A DNA stretch of 32,403 nucleotides, taken from positions 1 through 32,403 of IMG/VR virus record IMGVR_UViG_2617270968_000008; one strand, written 5' to 3'. The notes below the pieces were generated by a model. It worked only from the letters and a program-made list of their open reading frames with translations, had not been told where the DNA came from and did not search any database. This document shows, piece by piece, positions 1 to 8,576 of the stretch. Both the position numbers and the translations under genes were made by a program. Source of the stretch: a virus (lineage: Duplodnaviria > Heunggongvirae > Uroviricota > Caudoviricetes). Position 1 is the stretch's first letter, and each line of letters opens with the position of its first letter.

Positions 1-19
1 CTATTTGATAAATATTAAA

Positions 20-1315
20 TTAATTTTTCATTGCTTCGTTATGGGGCATGGTTGGGGCAAACTCGCTTAACTGTGTATTTAACAAAGCTACCTGTGCATT
101 ATTGTTTTCAGACATCCATTTTCCGTATACCTGAAATACCATTTGCGCATCTGCATGGCCCATCTGGTTTGCTATAAATGCCGGGTTAGCACCAGCTGTC
201 AGCGACCAGCAGGCATAAGTATGTCTCGACTGATATGATTTTCGATGGCGGAGTCCGGCACGTTTTATCGCTGCGTCCCACATCTGCCTTATTGAGTCAA
301 CGGTAAAATGGTCACCATAATTTTTTACTCTCGCTGACACTTCAGGTTGAAAAACAAAGGTGCATTTTTGTTTTTCTGTTCTGCCATACTCTCTGAGGTG
401 AACATCAATGATATGCTCTTTGCTCAGTCTCGTTAATGTCATCTGACTCCGGAGAGCGTCGATTGCTGGCTTAATAAGATGAATGACCCGATTGGTTCCC
501 GCCTGTGTTTTTGGTACCGTGAAACGGTCTTTTGCTAAATTTCTCCTGATCATCATTGTTCCATTTTTCAGATCTATGTCCTCCCATCCAAGTGCACACA
601 GCTCACCAGGGCGAACTCCAGTATAAACAGAAACACACCATAAATTTTTTGCTTGCTGATTTCTGCACGCATCGATAAGACGGATAAATTCTTCCCGCGA
701 AAGAGGATCCGGAATGGTTCTTGATTCCTTTAATGGCGAGATCCCCTTAAACGGATTATCTGCCAGGTAACCGTTATCAACACCAAACTGGAACACGGCG
801 TTAAGATTTGTCATGTAATTATTTACAGTTACAGCCGATCTCCCTGGTTGTGTAACAATATAGTTACTTTTGGGGATCTGGTATCCAGTCAGTAACTCTT
901 TACGAACCTCCAGTAATTTTTCTTTATTAATCGATGAGGCAAGATTTTTTTCACCGATTATGCTCAGGATATTTTTGATGACGGCACGGTATGTGTTGAG
1001 TGATGTTTTGGCGACTTCAGTTTCTTTCAGTGCCAGAAATTTTTCAGCCAGTTCTTTTATGGTTAAATCTTGTCGGGCCTCACCAAATTTTTCCAGATTG
1101 CGTGAGGAGGGAAACTGTTTTGCATAGTCGAAAACACCAGTTTTTATTGCGTAACAAACAGAGGAGCGTAGTTCACCTGCAACGCGCCTGTTTTTTGCTG
1201 TGTCAGGAACCCCCAGATTTTCCCTGACTCTTACGTCTTTATAAACAAACCAGATACGTAATTTCCCTCCATGGTTTTCCACGCCTGTCGGATATTTCAT
1301 TTCAACTTCTCTCAT
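20..1315 (-). CDS. int: Phage tyrosine integrase (site-specific recombinase)
   Basis: 431-aa ORF; C-terminal catalytic region with R...HxxR (SRHTYA) and terminal Tyr (VYGKW) motifs typical of tyrosine recombinases; sits at the prophage end next to an excisionase-like gene. Likely true start is the internal MKYPTG at about 1300. Confidence 0.85.
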   Translation of the reverse strand: MREVEMKYPTGVENHGGKLRIWFVYKDVRVRENLGVPDTAKNRRVAGELRSSVCYAIKTGVFDYAKQFPSSRNLEKFGEARQDLTIKELAEKFLALKETEVAKTSLNTYRAVIKNILSIIGEKNLASSINKEKLLEVRKELLTGYQIPKSNYIVTQPGRSAVTVNNYMTNLNAVFQFGVDNGYLADNPFKGISPLKESRTIPDPLSREEFIRLIDACRNQQAKNLWCVSVYTGVRPGELCALGWEDIDLKNGTMMIRRNLAKDRFTVPKTQAGTNRVIHLIKPAIDALRSQMTLTRLSKEHIIDVHLREYGRTEKQKCTFVFQPEVSARVKNYGDHFTVDSIRQMWDAAIKRAGLRHRKSYQSRHTYACWSLTAGANPAFIANQMGHADAQMVFQVYGKWMSENNNAQVALLNTQLSEFAPTMPHNEAMKN

Positions 1316-1334
1316 TAGTTAGTGTGGCTTTTAG

Positions 1335-1586
1335 TCAAGTAAGATGACGTCTTGGTCTCGCTGATGCCTGGCGCTCAATCCAGCGATCAATTTCTTCCAG
1401 GTTGTAAAAGCATGGACTGTTATCCCATGGCATACCGTCATGAGCGACATGCTTATATTCCCTTCCTTCCATAAACGATTTTTCCCGGGCCTTTTTTAAC
1501 GTACCTTTTTTTATTCCTTTCAGCGCAATTAACTGCTCTTCGGATACCCATTTGCCGGGAGAGACAATCATGATTACTTCGCTCAT
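1335..1586 (-). CDS. xis: Excisionase-like DNA-binding protein
   Basis: 83-aa ORF immediately upstream of int on the same strand; small basic protein in the canonical int-xis arrangement. Confidence 0.5.
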   Translation of the reverse strand: MSEVIMIVSPGKWVSEEQLIALKGIKKGTLKKAREKSFMEGREYKHVAHDGMPWDNSPCFYNLEEIDRWIERQASARPRRHLT

Positions 1587-1658
1587 CGATTTCTTTATCT
1601 CTTACATCAGACGAGCGCCGGTTGCAGAATACCAGTCACAACCGGCGACAGTTGAACA

Positions 1659-4130
1659 TTAAGAATCAGCCTGACTCGGGATCAGTTTTTGCCAGATAAC
1701 TGAAACGTATTTTGCCTGGTAACGGGCGTCATCAAGTGCATTATGGCGCTCACCTTCGAATGGAATAGCCGTTCTGGCATCGAAGTCTATGGCTTTCCCC
1801 AGCTCAACGATTGTGCGTACATCGCGATCGTTGTAGTAACGCCACGGGCAGGGGATCCCCTGCCGTTCGTATGAACGGCGCAAAATCGTGTTGTCGAAGT
1901 TGGCTCCATTTCCCCAAACCTGAACAAAAAATTCACCGGAGTTTTCGTCGATAAATTCTCGCAATTGTAACAGTGCATCATCTAACGGGATTTCATCGGT
2001 CATAATGGCAGATTGCGCTTCGCGTGATTGCTTAAGCCACCATTTAATGGTGTCCCGATCAATGACTCCGCCAGCAGTTTCCAGATCGATAGTCTTACTA
2101 AATTCCGGTCCCATATCTCCGGTTTGCGGATCGAAAAATATTGCACCTATTGAGATGATCGGGGCATCAGGATTTTTTCCCATGGTTTCAAGGTCTATCA
2201 TTAGATGGTCACACGTCCTGCTGGTGGATGTGATTACGTGATGACTGTTCACCTTAATTGAGTAATTTGCCGTCTCGCCAGTTTCATTATCGCTATCGTG
2301 ATGCTGATTGCCGCCAGTGTTCTCCTTGTGTGGATGTTCAGCGCCTTCCATTTCCTCCGGATCATCTTCCTGAACTTCAACCTGATACTCTTCATCGAAT
2401 GTTTCCTGGTATGTTGCGTCGCCCATCACCGCGCCACAATCAGGGCAATTGCCGCCGCCGGTCTGACCGCAGGCGGTGCAGACTTTTTCCACTTCCTGTT
2501 GCGCCACTGGTTCAGGCTGTTTCGTTTCTGGCTCGTTTTGTAACGCATTTGGGCTGTTTTGTTCCGCTTTTTGGTAGTTCCGTTCCGATTCATGCTGGTT
2601 CTGGTTTACAGAATCGCGGGTCTGGATCCCCTTAACCCATTTCGGATCATTCGGGTCGCTAATCCCTGCAACAAATTCTCCGCGAGAGGCAGCAAGCAAC
2701 TTATCGGCGTCAGGCTGGCTGATATTGGCTGCCTGCATAATTTTGTTTACTTCGTCAGCGGTAACTTTTATCGGCTCTGGTTGTTCTGAATCTTCAGCGG
2801 TATCTACATTTTGCGGTAAGCCCGTGTATGTGCCATTTTTTCGGGCAAAATATTCTTCTTTTGTGATTTCAGTGGCGCCAGCAGCCAGTGCCTTATCCAG
2901 ACCAGAGAGTTTGTTTGCGCGACCGTATTTTTCTCCGTCCTTATCTGCGAAGAGGAAATAGAACGGCCCCTCACGCTCTACAGATGGTTCGACTTCCACT
3001 TTGCATTCGGTTTTTTCGTTGTCCGGAATTGCCGTTTCCACTGCATCAGTTTCTGGTACTGGCGACGAGAGAGTATCAGTTGCGCTCTGATTTCTTCCTT
3101 CATCTTCAAACACGCCCTTTGTAGTCAGGTATTCAGTAATGTATTTGTTCAGTGCCACAGGGTCTTTGTGAATGTCGATCGGACGTTCACGGACAAGGCC
3201 AAAAATAGTCTGGCGGTCGTAGCGAAGGGCATCAGGCTGTTTGCGCATTGATGCCGAGATACGCTTCCAGTCTTCGCGGTCGTTGTCGATAACTTCATTT
3301 TTTGCCCAGCGATGGATGCTGCCGTCAATGTTTCCGGCATCCACATCACCAGGCCAGAGAGCGTAGGCCAGTTCGTCATCCAGTGTTTTCCATGTCTGCT
3401 TGTATTCGCGATGAATGGCAGCAATGACCAGGCTGATTTTTCCTGTTGAATTTTCAGTGTGCTGTTGATTGACTCTGGCGCGGGCGAGATCAACAACAGA
3501 CGTGTATTTTCCGGTTTCCTTGCGTTCACCTTCGCGACGTTTTTTCCAGATGCGCATCTCTGCCTGAATTTCGGGCCATTTGGCACCAGGCTTACATTTA
3601 TGCTTAACCCACCCGATGGCATGCAGCTTAAGCTCCGGATACATGGCGTTAACATCTGGCATTTTCATCAACGCTTCAACGATATGTCCGTCGAATGTTG
3701 CCATGTCTTCCTGCAACAATTCCTGTGCGCTAATAACCATATCAACGGTGATGTTTTCACATGTGTCGAACTTAACCATGACAGCGTTCTGTACTTCAGG
3801 GGCCAGCTTGTCAAAAGTGACGTTCATCGGATCGGATTCAGTCTCAACCGGGACAAAGGAAGCAGACTCCTCATCCCAGCGGTTTTCCTGCATATATTCA
3901 GCATCCCAGGAATCGAGGGCAGGGCGGGGTATACCGGGTTTATCCTCGCAGACAAGAAATTTATAAGCGCAGTCCTGAGCAGCCGGATAATGTTCCAGGA
4001 ATTGCCAGTGAAATTTTGCGCGGGCGCGACGTTCATCACCGGCTTCAATGGCAGTGGCTACAGCGACGGCACCTTCTTCCTTTATTGCCTGTTCGTCCGG
4101 AATGGCGGCGCAAATAAAGACTTTACTCAT
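1659..4130 (-). CDS. Prophage exonuclease (exodeoxyribonuclease VIII-like) with C-terminal DEDD-type 3'-5' exonuclease domain
   Basis: 823-aa ORF; C-terminal about 180 aa carry DnaQ-like motifs (MIDLETMG ... HNALDDARY); acidic low-complexity middle region with a CxxC...CxxC zinc-ribbon (CTACGQ...CPDCG). Position matches the recombination/exo gene of lambdoid early-left operons. Confidence 0.7.
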   Translation of the reverse strand: MSKVFICAAIPDEQAIKEEGAVAVATAIEAGDERRARAKFHWQFLEHYPAAQDCAYKFLVCEDKPGIPRPALDSWDAEYMQENRWDEESASFVPVETESDPMNVTFDKLAPEVQNAVMVKFDTCENITVDMVISAQELLQEDMATFDGHIVEALMKMPDVNAMYPELKLHAIGWVKHKCKPGAKWPEIQAEMRIWKKRREGERKETGKYTSVVDLARARVNQQHTENSTGKISLVIAAIHREYKQTWKTLDDELAYALWPGDVDAGNIDGSIHRWAKNEVIDNDREDWKRISASMRKQPDALRYDRQTIFGLVRERPIDIHKDPVALNKYITEYLTTKGVFEDEGRNQSATDTLSSPVPETDAVETAIPDNEKTECKVEVEPSVEREGPFYFLFADKDGEKYGRANKLSGLDKALAAGATEITKEEYFARKNGTYTGLPQNVDTAEDSEQPEPIKVTADEVNKIMQAANISQPDADKLLAASRGEFVAGISDPNDPKWVKGIQTRDSVNQNQHESERNYQKAEQNSPNALQNEPETKQPEPVAQQEVEKVCTACGQTGGGNCPDCGAVMGDATYQETFDEEYQVEVQEDDPEEMEGAEHPHKENTGGNQHHDSDNETGETANYSIKVNSHHVITSTSRTCDHLMIDLETMGKNPDAPIISIGAIFFDPQTGDMGPEFSKTIDLETAGGVIDRDTIKWWLKQSREAQSAIMTDEIPLDDALLQLREFIDENSGEFFVQVWGNGANFDNTILRRSYERQGIPCPWRYYNDRDVRTIVELGKAIDFDARTAIPFEGERHNALDDARYQAKYVSVIWQKLIPSQADS

Positions 4131-4222
4131 TTTGTTTTACCTCATTACAGATTTAAGGGTGAACAAATCCCTGCCATTGCTGGCATATAAGAATGAAACC
4201 GGATATTTATTACGGAACTGTT

Positions 4223-4414
4223 TTAAAGACCTGCCGGGATTTCGTTATTATCCTGGTGAATAACTTTATCGACCGGGTAACAGTTACCGGGAATTTTCTG
4301 TTCGGTTGCTGCAGTCACACACTCCTGCATTGTCCTGTGAACACTGACTGCAATATCAACTGGCTCTCCGGAAACAAGAAAAACTGTCAGAACAAGTGCA
4401 AATGCTGTATTCAT
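4223..4414 (-). CDS. Small secreted/membrane protein (hypothetical)
   Basis: Internal start MNTAFALVLTVFLVSG gives an N-terminal signal-peptide-like hydrophobic segment; AGGA about 8 nt upstream; start ATG overlaps the stop of the upstream small ORF (ATGA). Confidence 0.35.
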   Translation of the reverse strand: MNTAFALVLTVFLVSGEPVDIAVSVHRTMQECVTAATEQKIPGNCYPVDKVIHQDNNEIPAGL

Positions 4415-4599
4415 TGCCAGCATCCTTTTTGTATCGGACGTAAACGGGCCAGCATTGAAAGAATGCATATTTTATTTAATAGCTCCCGTTCGTGTTTTCT
4501 CTTGTTAATGGCATCTTCAGTAAATACAGGGTTACTGATATTGACACCAATTTCAAAACAACCTTCAGACGTATTAACGTTTGGTAATAACGTTTCCAT
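4411..4599 (-). CDS. Hypothetical small early-left protein
   Basis: 62-aa ORF from METLLPNV with GAGGA 7 nt upstream; translationally coupled to the next small ORF; sits where lambdoid phages carry kil/gam-like host-takeover genes. Confidence 0.3.
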   Translation of the reverse strand: METLLPNVNTSEGCFEIGVNISNPVFTEDAINKRKHERELLNKICILSMLARLRPIQKGCWQ

Positions 4600-5161
4600 T
4601 ATCGCGTCCTCAACAATGAATTTTGTGATGCGGTGCCTGGTGCCTCCAGGTGACGTTAACCAGTTAACAATTAACGCCGGATACAGAGAATCCACCCATA
4701 ACACTGTTTTTGGTTTTAACTGTTCCGCGTGCGCTCAGCCGCATTCACCACATCACAAAATTCACTTTAAAAAGGGCGGCAGAGCAGTCACGGAGTAAAA
4801 CTGATACCGCCAAACGTCACCAGAAAATTGATAACAGAGGGCGTTGCAGCGGGGTTGTCACTTAAGCGTATGGTCAACCTGACAACCCGGTGTCCTCAAC
4901 GGGGGAAGGAATACCCCCGCCATACTTACCGCCGCGCCATTTCGCGGATTGCCACAACCGGAAGCGCACGGTCGACGAAAATTTAACGACAGGCTATCTA
5001 TGAACCAGCTACCTCGCCGTGCGCTTTCGCGTTATGGTCTGACTTTTCAGGGAAATATCCTTTCAGTAAACTGTCAGTGCCGGATGCTCACCCGTGTCCG
5101 GCGCACGCACTCCACCTCACCCGTGGAGAACTCCTTAATCACCAACCCTCAGGAGGGTGAA

Positions 5162-5437
5162 ATGTCGACTGAAAATGATGAAATCATTAACTCCCTGATA
5201 CGCCAGATTAATAATTTTGATAAAGCATTGCAACATGCTGCGGCGCGTAGTGATATAACTCTTTTAGCAATTTCATTTCTTGCATCTGTTATGGATAAAA
5301 ATGAAGTCGTACGACAGAGTCTTGTTGATTATATCGACTCGCTTCAACCCGGCACTTTCAATCATGAGAGCTTCAATCATGAGAAAGAGCATGTTAAGTC
5401 TGTAATTAATTCTCTTATTTTGAATCAAAAGAATTAA
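5162..5437 (+). CDS. Hypothetical protein (plus-strand gene embedded in the leftward early region)
   Basis: ATG at 5162 preceded by AGGAGGG (5151-5157); 91 aa; opposite orientation to surrounding early-left genes; preceded by a GC-rich hairpin-dense leader. Confidence 0.4.
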   Translation: MSTENDEIINSLIRQINNFDKALQHAAARSDITLLAISFLASVMDKNEVVRQSLVDYIDSLQPGTFNHESFNHEKEHVKSVINSLILNQKN

Positions 5438-5735
5438 TGCTTTTTGTTGCAAAGTAATTTTCAAGGGGTTCTATTCGAATCCCTTTCTTTTTCATTAACA
5501 AGCCAAACCCCTTATCAATGATGTCCATTAGATCCAGGAAGTATTTTTCATGTAAATCCTGGTTATCAGAGAGCTGCTTCTCTTCGTACAGCCCGATAAA
5601 GGCTCGGCGTACGTTACCGGATATATTGTCGATGGTTTCTTTTTCTACGGTACTCAGGTCAAGAGTCGCCAGTTGAGAGCGAACCACATTCGATGCCATT
5701 TCCTGGAATGGGACTGGTAAATCTTTAAATTCCAT
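5415..5735 (-). CDS. Hypothetical protein
   Basis: ORF 5415-5747; likely start MEFKDLPV at 5735 with GAGG 7 nt upstream; convergent with and overlapping the 3' end of the 5162-5437 gene. Confidence 0.4.
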   Translation of the reverse strand: MEFKDLPVPFQEMASNVVRSQLATLDLSTVEKETIDNISGNVRRAFIGLYEEKQLSDNQDLHEKYFLDLMDIIDKGFGLLMKKKGIRIEPLENYFATKSINSFDSK

Positions 5736-5746
5736 CGTCAACCTCA

Positions 5747-5980
5747 TCAGTCAGTGTTTCTGGTTAACCAGCGACGTGCGCCAGCTTCAGTTTTAAACGT
5801 TTTGCTTCTGGTATATGTCATCGCGGTAAACGTGCCGTCCTGGTTGGGAAACACGCCGCATACCAGAGATTCGTTGTTGCCAAGCTCGATAGTATCCATG
5901 CTGACCTCATTTCCCCTTAACGCCGGGGTAGCGGAACAAAAACCTGCTGCATAGTTATTAAAGTTGAACCCTGCCGTCAT
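5747..5980 (-). CDS. Hypothetical protein, first gene of the leftward early operon
   Basis: 77-aa ORF with GAGG 7 nt upstream; immediately downstream of the inferred PL promoter. Confidence 0.4.
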   Translation of the reverse strand: MTAGFNFNNYAAGFCSATPALRGNEVSMDTIELGNNESLVCGVFPNQDGTFTAMTYTRSKTFKTEAGARRWLTRNTD

Positions 5981-6080
5981 GTTCTTACGCCTCGGGCTGG
6001 CTACTTAACCCCTGACCACTGCCTGGTAACTCGAGGTATTGCCCTGTATTGTGTGGGACGGGATGGGTTGGTATGGGAAA

Positions 6081-6124
6081 ACTATAGGAAATGCCTAATT
6101 ACTTGTCAATAGGCTATGCCTAAT
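6081..6124 (-). promoter_or_regulatory. Leftward early promoter (PL-like) with embedded operator repeat
   Basis: On the minus strand: -35 TTGACA (6103-6108), 17-nt spacer, -10 TATAGT (6081-6086). The spacer holds TTAGGC/GCCTAA half-sites; 6103-6124 is the exact reverse complement of 6747-6768. Confidence 0.6.
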
Positions 6125-6217
6125 AATTTGGGCGCAACCTAATAGGTGATGGTTTGTGGGAGAGGTAGTAGGAGTTAACTAACGGGAACTAGGAATTTCC
6201 CGTCGGACCATATAAGT

Positions 6218-6694
6218 TTAAGTTCCTGTCTTGGTGATGTTCTGGCTTTTCCGTTTTGATTCTTGATTTTTCAGATAGTTAGCTACCTTCATTTCCATTG
6301 CGGCAATGTAGGCGCGAACGTCATGATCAACCCAACTAGGCTCCGTAGCATTTCCAGATAAGATGAAAGCCACAATTGCTCTTTTTTCATCAGAGGCGGC
6401 TTGATAAAGGCTGTTTATGTCTAAAAGTTCACTTTTTGTATCTGAAGTGGATGGGGTTGGTATTGGGTATTCGTTAAGCCCCCAATGCTCTGGACCAACC
6501 ACATCAGAAAAGAAACGCCATAGTTCTGGAAGTTTGTCTTTACTTATCGAACCTTTCTTAATCCAGTCATGGATTGATGGTGGTTGGACTTTGAAATGAC
6601 GTGCGATTTCCGCCTTTGATTTGACGGCTCCTGATGCAATTTTTTTGTTAATGGCCTGCTCTATCGCTCGGCCTAAGTCTTTACCACTAAGCAT
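6218..6694 (-). CDS. racR: Prophage repressor, RacR-like (HTH DNA-binding)
   Basis: 158-aa ORF with AGGAGA RBS, flanked by operator-bearing divergent promoters; followed divergently by two genes of about 107 and 141 aa, matching the racR/ydaS/ydaT layout. Symbol is from size and arrangement, not a search. Confidence 0.6.
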   Translation of the reverse strand: MLSGKDLGRAIEQAINKKIASGAVKSKAEIARHFKVQPPSIHDWIKKGSISKDKLPELWRFFSDVVGPEHWGLNEYPIPTPSTSDTKSELLDINSLYQAASDEKRAIVAFILSGNATEPSWVDHDVRAYIAAMEMKVANYLKNQESKRKSQNITKTGT

Positions 6695-6746
6695 TGCTTA
6701 ATAGTCTCCTATGCGCATCGCGTTAGGCAATCCCTACTCTCGATGT

Positions 6747-6791
6747 ATTAGGCATAGCCTATTGACAATTTCATTAGGCTAAGCCTAATAT
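6747..6791 (+). promoter_or_regulatory. Rightward early promoter (PR-like) and operators
   Basis: -35 TTGACA (6762-6767), -10 TAATAT (6786-6791); perfect palindrome ATTAGGCT-A-AGCCTAAT (6773-6789) overlaps spacer and -10; 6747-6768 is the inverted copy of the PL-side 22-mer. Confidence 0.6.
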
Positions 6792-6818
6792 TGTTGCGTG
6801 TTTTTTGGAGTTCATTCG

Positions 6819-7142
6819 ATGAAAAAAGATAACTATTCATTCAAACGAGCTTGTGCTGTTGTCGGTGGGCAATCAGCAATGGCTAGGCTTTTAGGTGTAT
6901 CTCCTCCAAGCGTAAATCAATGGATCAAAGGTGTACGTCAGTTACCTGCTGAGAGATGTCCTGCGATTGAACGAGCAACAAAAGGTGGTGTCCTGTGTGA
7001 AGAACTTCGTCCTGATGTTGATTGGACATACTTACGACGCTCGTCATGTTATTCGCAGAATATGTCGATGAAGCAACCAAATGACGAAAACGATCATACC
7101 CGAAGCATCAAGAGGCAAATGATTCATGAAAATCAAACATGA
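6819..7142 (+). CDS. ydaS: Cro/YdaS-like HTH regulator
   Basis: ATG at 6819 after a GGAG RBS; N-terminal HTH-like segment (QSAMARLLGVSPPSVNQWIKG); first gene of the rightward operon, divergent from the repressor. Confidence 0.55.
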   Translation: MKKDNYSFKRACAVVGGQSAMARLLGVSPPSVNQWIKGVRQLPAERCPAIERATKGGVLCEELRPDVDWTYLRRSSCYSQNMSMKQPNDENDHTRSIKRQMIHENQT

Positions 7143-7551
7143 GCACATCCGCATGGCGATGAATGCCTGGGCATACCCTGATGGTGAGAAAGTTCCTGCA
7201 GCTGAAATAGCCCGGACTTATTTCGAACTGGGGATGACGTTCCCTGAACTGTACGACGACAGCCATCCGGAAGCCCTAGCCCGTAATACCCAGAAAATTT
7301 TCCGTTGGCTGGATAAAGACACCCCTGATGCTGTTGAAAAAATGCAGGCTCTGTTACCGGCGATCGAAAAGGCGATGCCGCCTTTGCTGGTGGCCCGTAT
7401 GCGCAGCCACAGTTCTGAATATTACCGTGAGATCGTCGAACGGAGGGATCGGCTGGTGAAGGATGTCGATGATTTTGTTGCGTCAGCGGTTGTTTTGTAT
7501 GACCAGATGAATCGCGGCGGCCCGGCAGGGAATGCTGTGGTGATGCACTAA
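7126..7551 (+). CDS. ydaT: YdaT-like protein (toxin-like partner of YdaS)
   Basis: 141-aa ORF overlapping the ydaS-like 3' end; size and position match ydaT of Rac-type immunity regions. Confidence 0.5.
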   Translation: MKIKHEHIRMAMNAWAYPDGEKVPAAEIARTYFELGMTFPELYDDSHPEALARNTQKIFRWLDKDTPDAVEKMQALLPAIEKAMPPLLVARMRSHSSEYYREIVERRDRLVKDVDDFVASAVVLYDQMNRGGPAGNAVVMH

Positions 7552-7573
7552 AAGCACGGTGTTCGGGGGTTTT

Positions 7574-8536
7574 ATGAGCAGCAAGCTTCATGGTCTTGTC
7601 TGGGAAGGGTGCGCCTTCACCGGCATGATCTTATCCAGGGTGGCGGTTATGGCCCGTCTTGCAGACTACAGCAATGACGAGGGCGTGTCATGGCCTGCCA
7701 TTGAAACTATCCGGCGTCAGATCGGTGCAAGAAGTGAATCCACAGTGAAATCGGCTATTGCAGAACTGGCGAAAGAGGGCTGGCTGACGAAGGAAGAGCG
7801 TAAGGTCGGTGGGCGTAATGTAAGCAATATCTATCGGCTTAATGTGGAAAAACTCGAAGCAGCTGCGGCGGCGGCGCGTGAGTCATATAAACCGAAAAGA
7901 AAAATTAGCCCGGCAAAAAATGACCCGTTAACAGTTGACCCGTCAAATATTGACCCCTCAACGGTTGACCCGTCAAATTTTGATGGATCAACTGTTGATA
8001 AAAAACTGCCGATTAGGGGGGCGATGATTGACCCCGATCCGTCAGTATTAAAACCTGATCCGTCAGATAAAAGATCTTCTTGTCCGGACGCTTCGCAACC
8101 GGACCCGCAGACGGCTGAACAGGATTTTTTAACCCGACACCCTGACGCGGTTGTGTTCAGTGCGAAAAAACGCCAGTGGGGAAGTCAGGAAGATTTGGTG
8201 TGCGCACAGTGGATCTGGGGACGAATCGTGAGTCTTTACGAGCAGGCGGCCAGCGATGATGGCGAGATCACTAGACCGAAAGAACCCAACTGGACAGCAT
8301 GGGCCAATGACGTTCGCACAATGCGGATGCTGGATGGCAGAACTCACAGACAAATTTGTGAAATGTTTGGGCGTCTCCAGCGGGATTCGTTCTGGGTAAA
8401 AAACATCATGAGTCCGGCAAAACTCCGGGAAAAATGGGATGAACTGGTTATCCGCCTGGGGCGTTCGCCTGCGCAGCGTTGCGTGAATCACATTTCTGAA
8501 CCGGACACTGAAATTCCGCCGGGCTTCAGGGGGTAA
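7574..8536 (+). CDS. Replication initiation protein (O-like / YdaU-like) with internal iterons
   Basis: N-terminal winged-helix-like region (GVSWPAIETIRRQIGARSESTVKSAIAELAKEGWL); central 5-aa repeat DP(S/L)(T/N)(V/I)D encoded by the tandem DNA repeats; first big gene of the rightward operon. Alternative GTG start at 7559. Confidence 0.65.
   Translation: MSSKLHGLVWEGCAFTGMILSRVAVMARLADYSNDEGVSWPAIETIRRQIGARSESTVKSAIAELAKEGWLTKEERKVGGRNVSNIYRLNVEKLEAAAAAARESYKPKRKISPAKNDPLTVDPSNIDPSTVDPSNFDGSTVDKKLPIRGAMIDPDPSVLKPDPSDKRSSCPDASQPDPQTAEQDFLTRHPDAVVFSAKKRQWGSQEDLVCAQWIWGRIVSLYEQAASDDGEITRPKEPNWTAWANDVRTMRMLDGRTHRQICEMFGRLQRDSFWVKNIMSPAKLREKWDELVIRLGRSPAQRCVNHISEPDTEIPPGFRG
7921..8070. repeat. Iteron array (candidate replication origin) inside the initiator gene
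   Basis: Six tandem 15-bp units from 7921 (tgacccgttaacagt / tgacccgtcaaatat / tgacccctcaacggt / tgacccgtcaaattt / tgatggatcaactgt / tgataaaaaactgcc), with further TGAYCCGTCAG-like copies at about 8028-8070. Confidence 0.65.
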
Positions 8537-8576
8537 GTGTTAATTTCTGGTCATGAGGTAATTTTCAGGAGGGCTT

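Noticed and set aside
1-19. Prophage attachment site (attL) at the window start
   Set aside because: Only 19 nt lie outside the integrase gene, and no matching repeat could be identified elsewhere in the window; the prophage boundaries cannot be determined from this sequence.
2005-3124. Several plus-strand ORFs of 76-125 aa inside the exonuclease gene
   Set aside because: They lie antisense within a long, well-supported minus-strand gene; products are low-complexity and Cys/Arg-rich, and none has a ribosome-binding site. Shadow ORFs.
4193-4798. 201-aa plus-strand ORF
   Set aside because: Product is Cys/Asn-rich and compositionally odd, with no RBS; it overlaps two better-supported coupled minus-strand small ORFs.
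7133-7591. 152-aa minus-strand ORF
   Set aside because: Antisense to the ydaT-like gene; Pro/Ser/Arg-rich low-complexity product typical of GC-rich antisense frames.
7920-8010. Possible CRISPR array (short tandem repeats)
   Set aside because: Units are 15 bp with no spacers, in frame within a replication initiator gene, and no cas genes are present. They are iterons, not CRISPR repeats.
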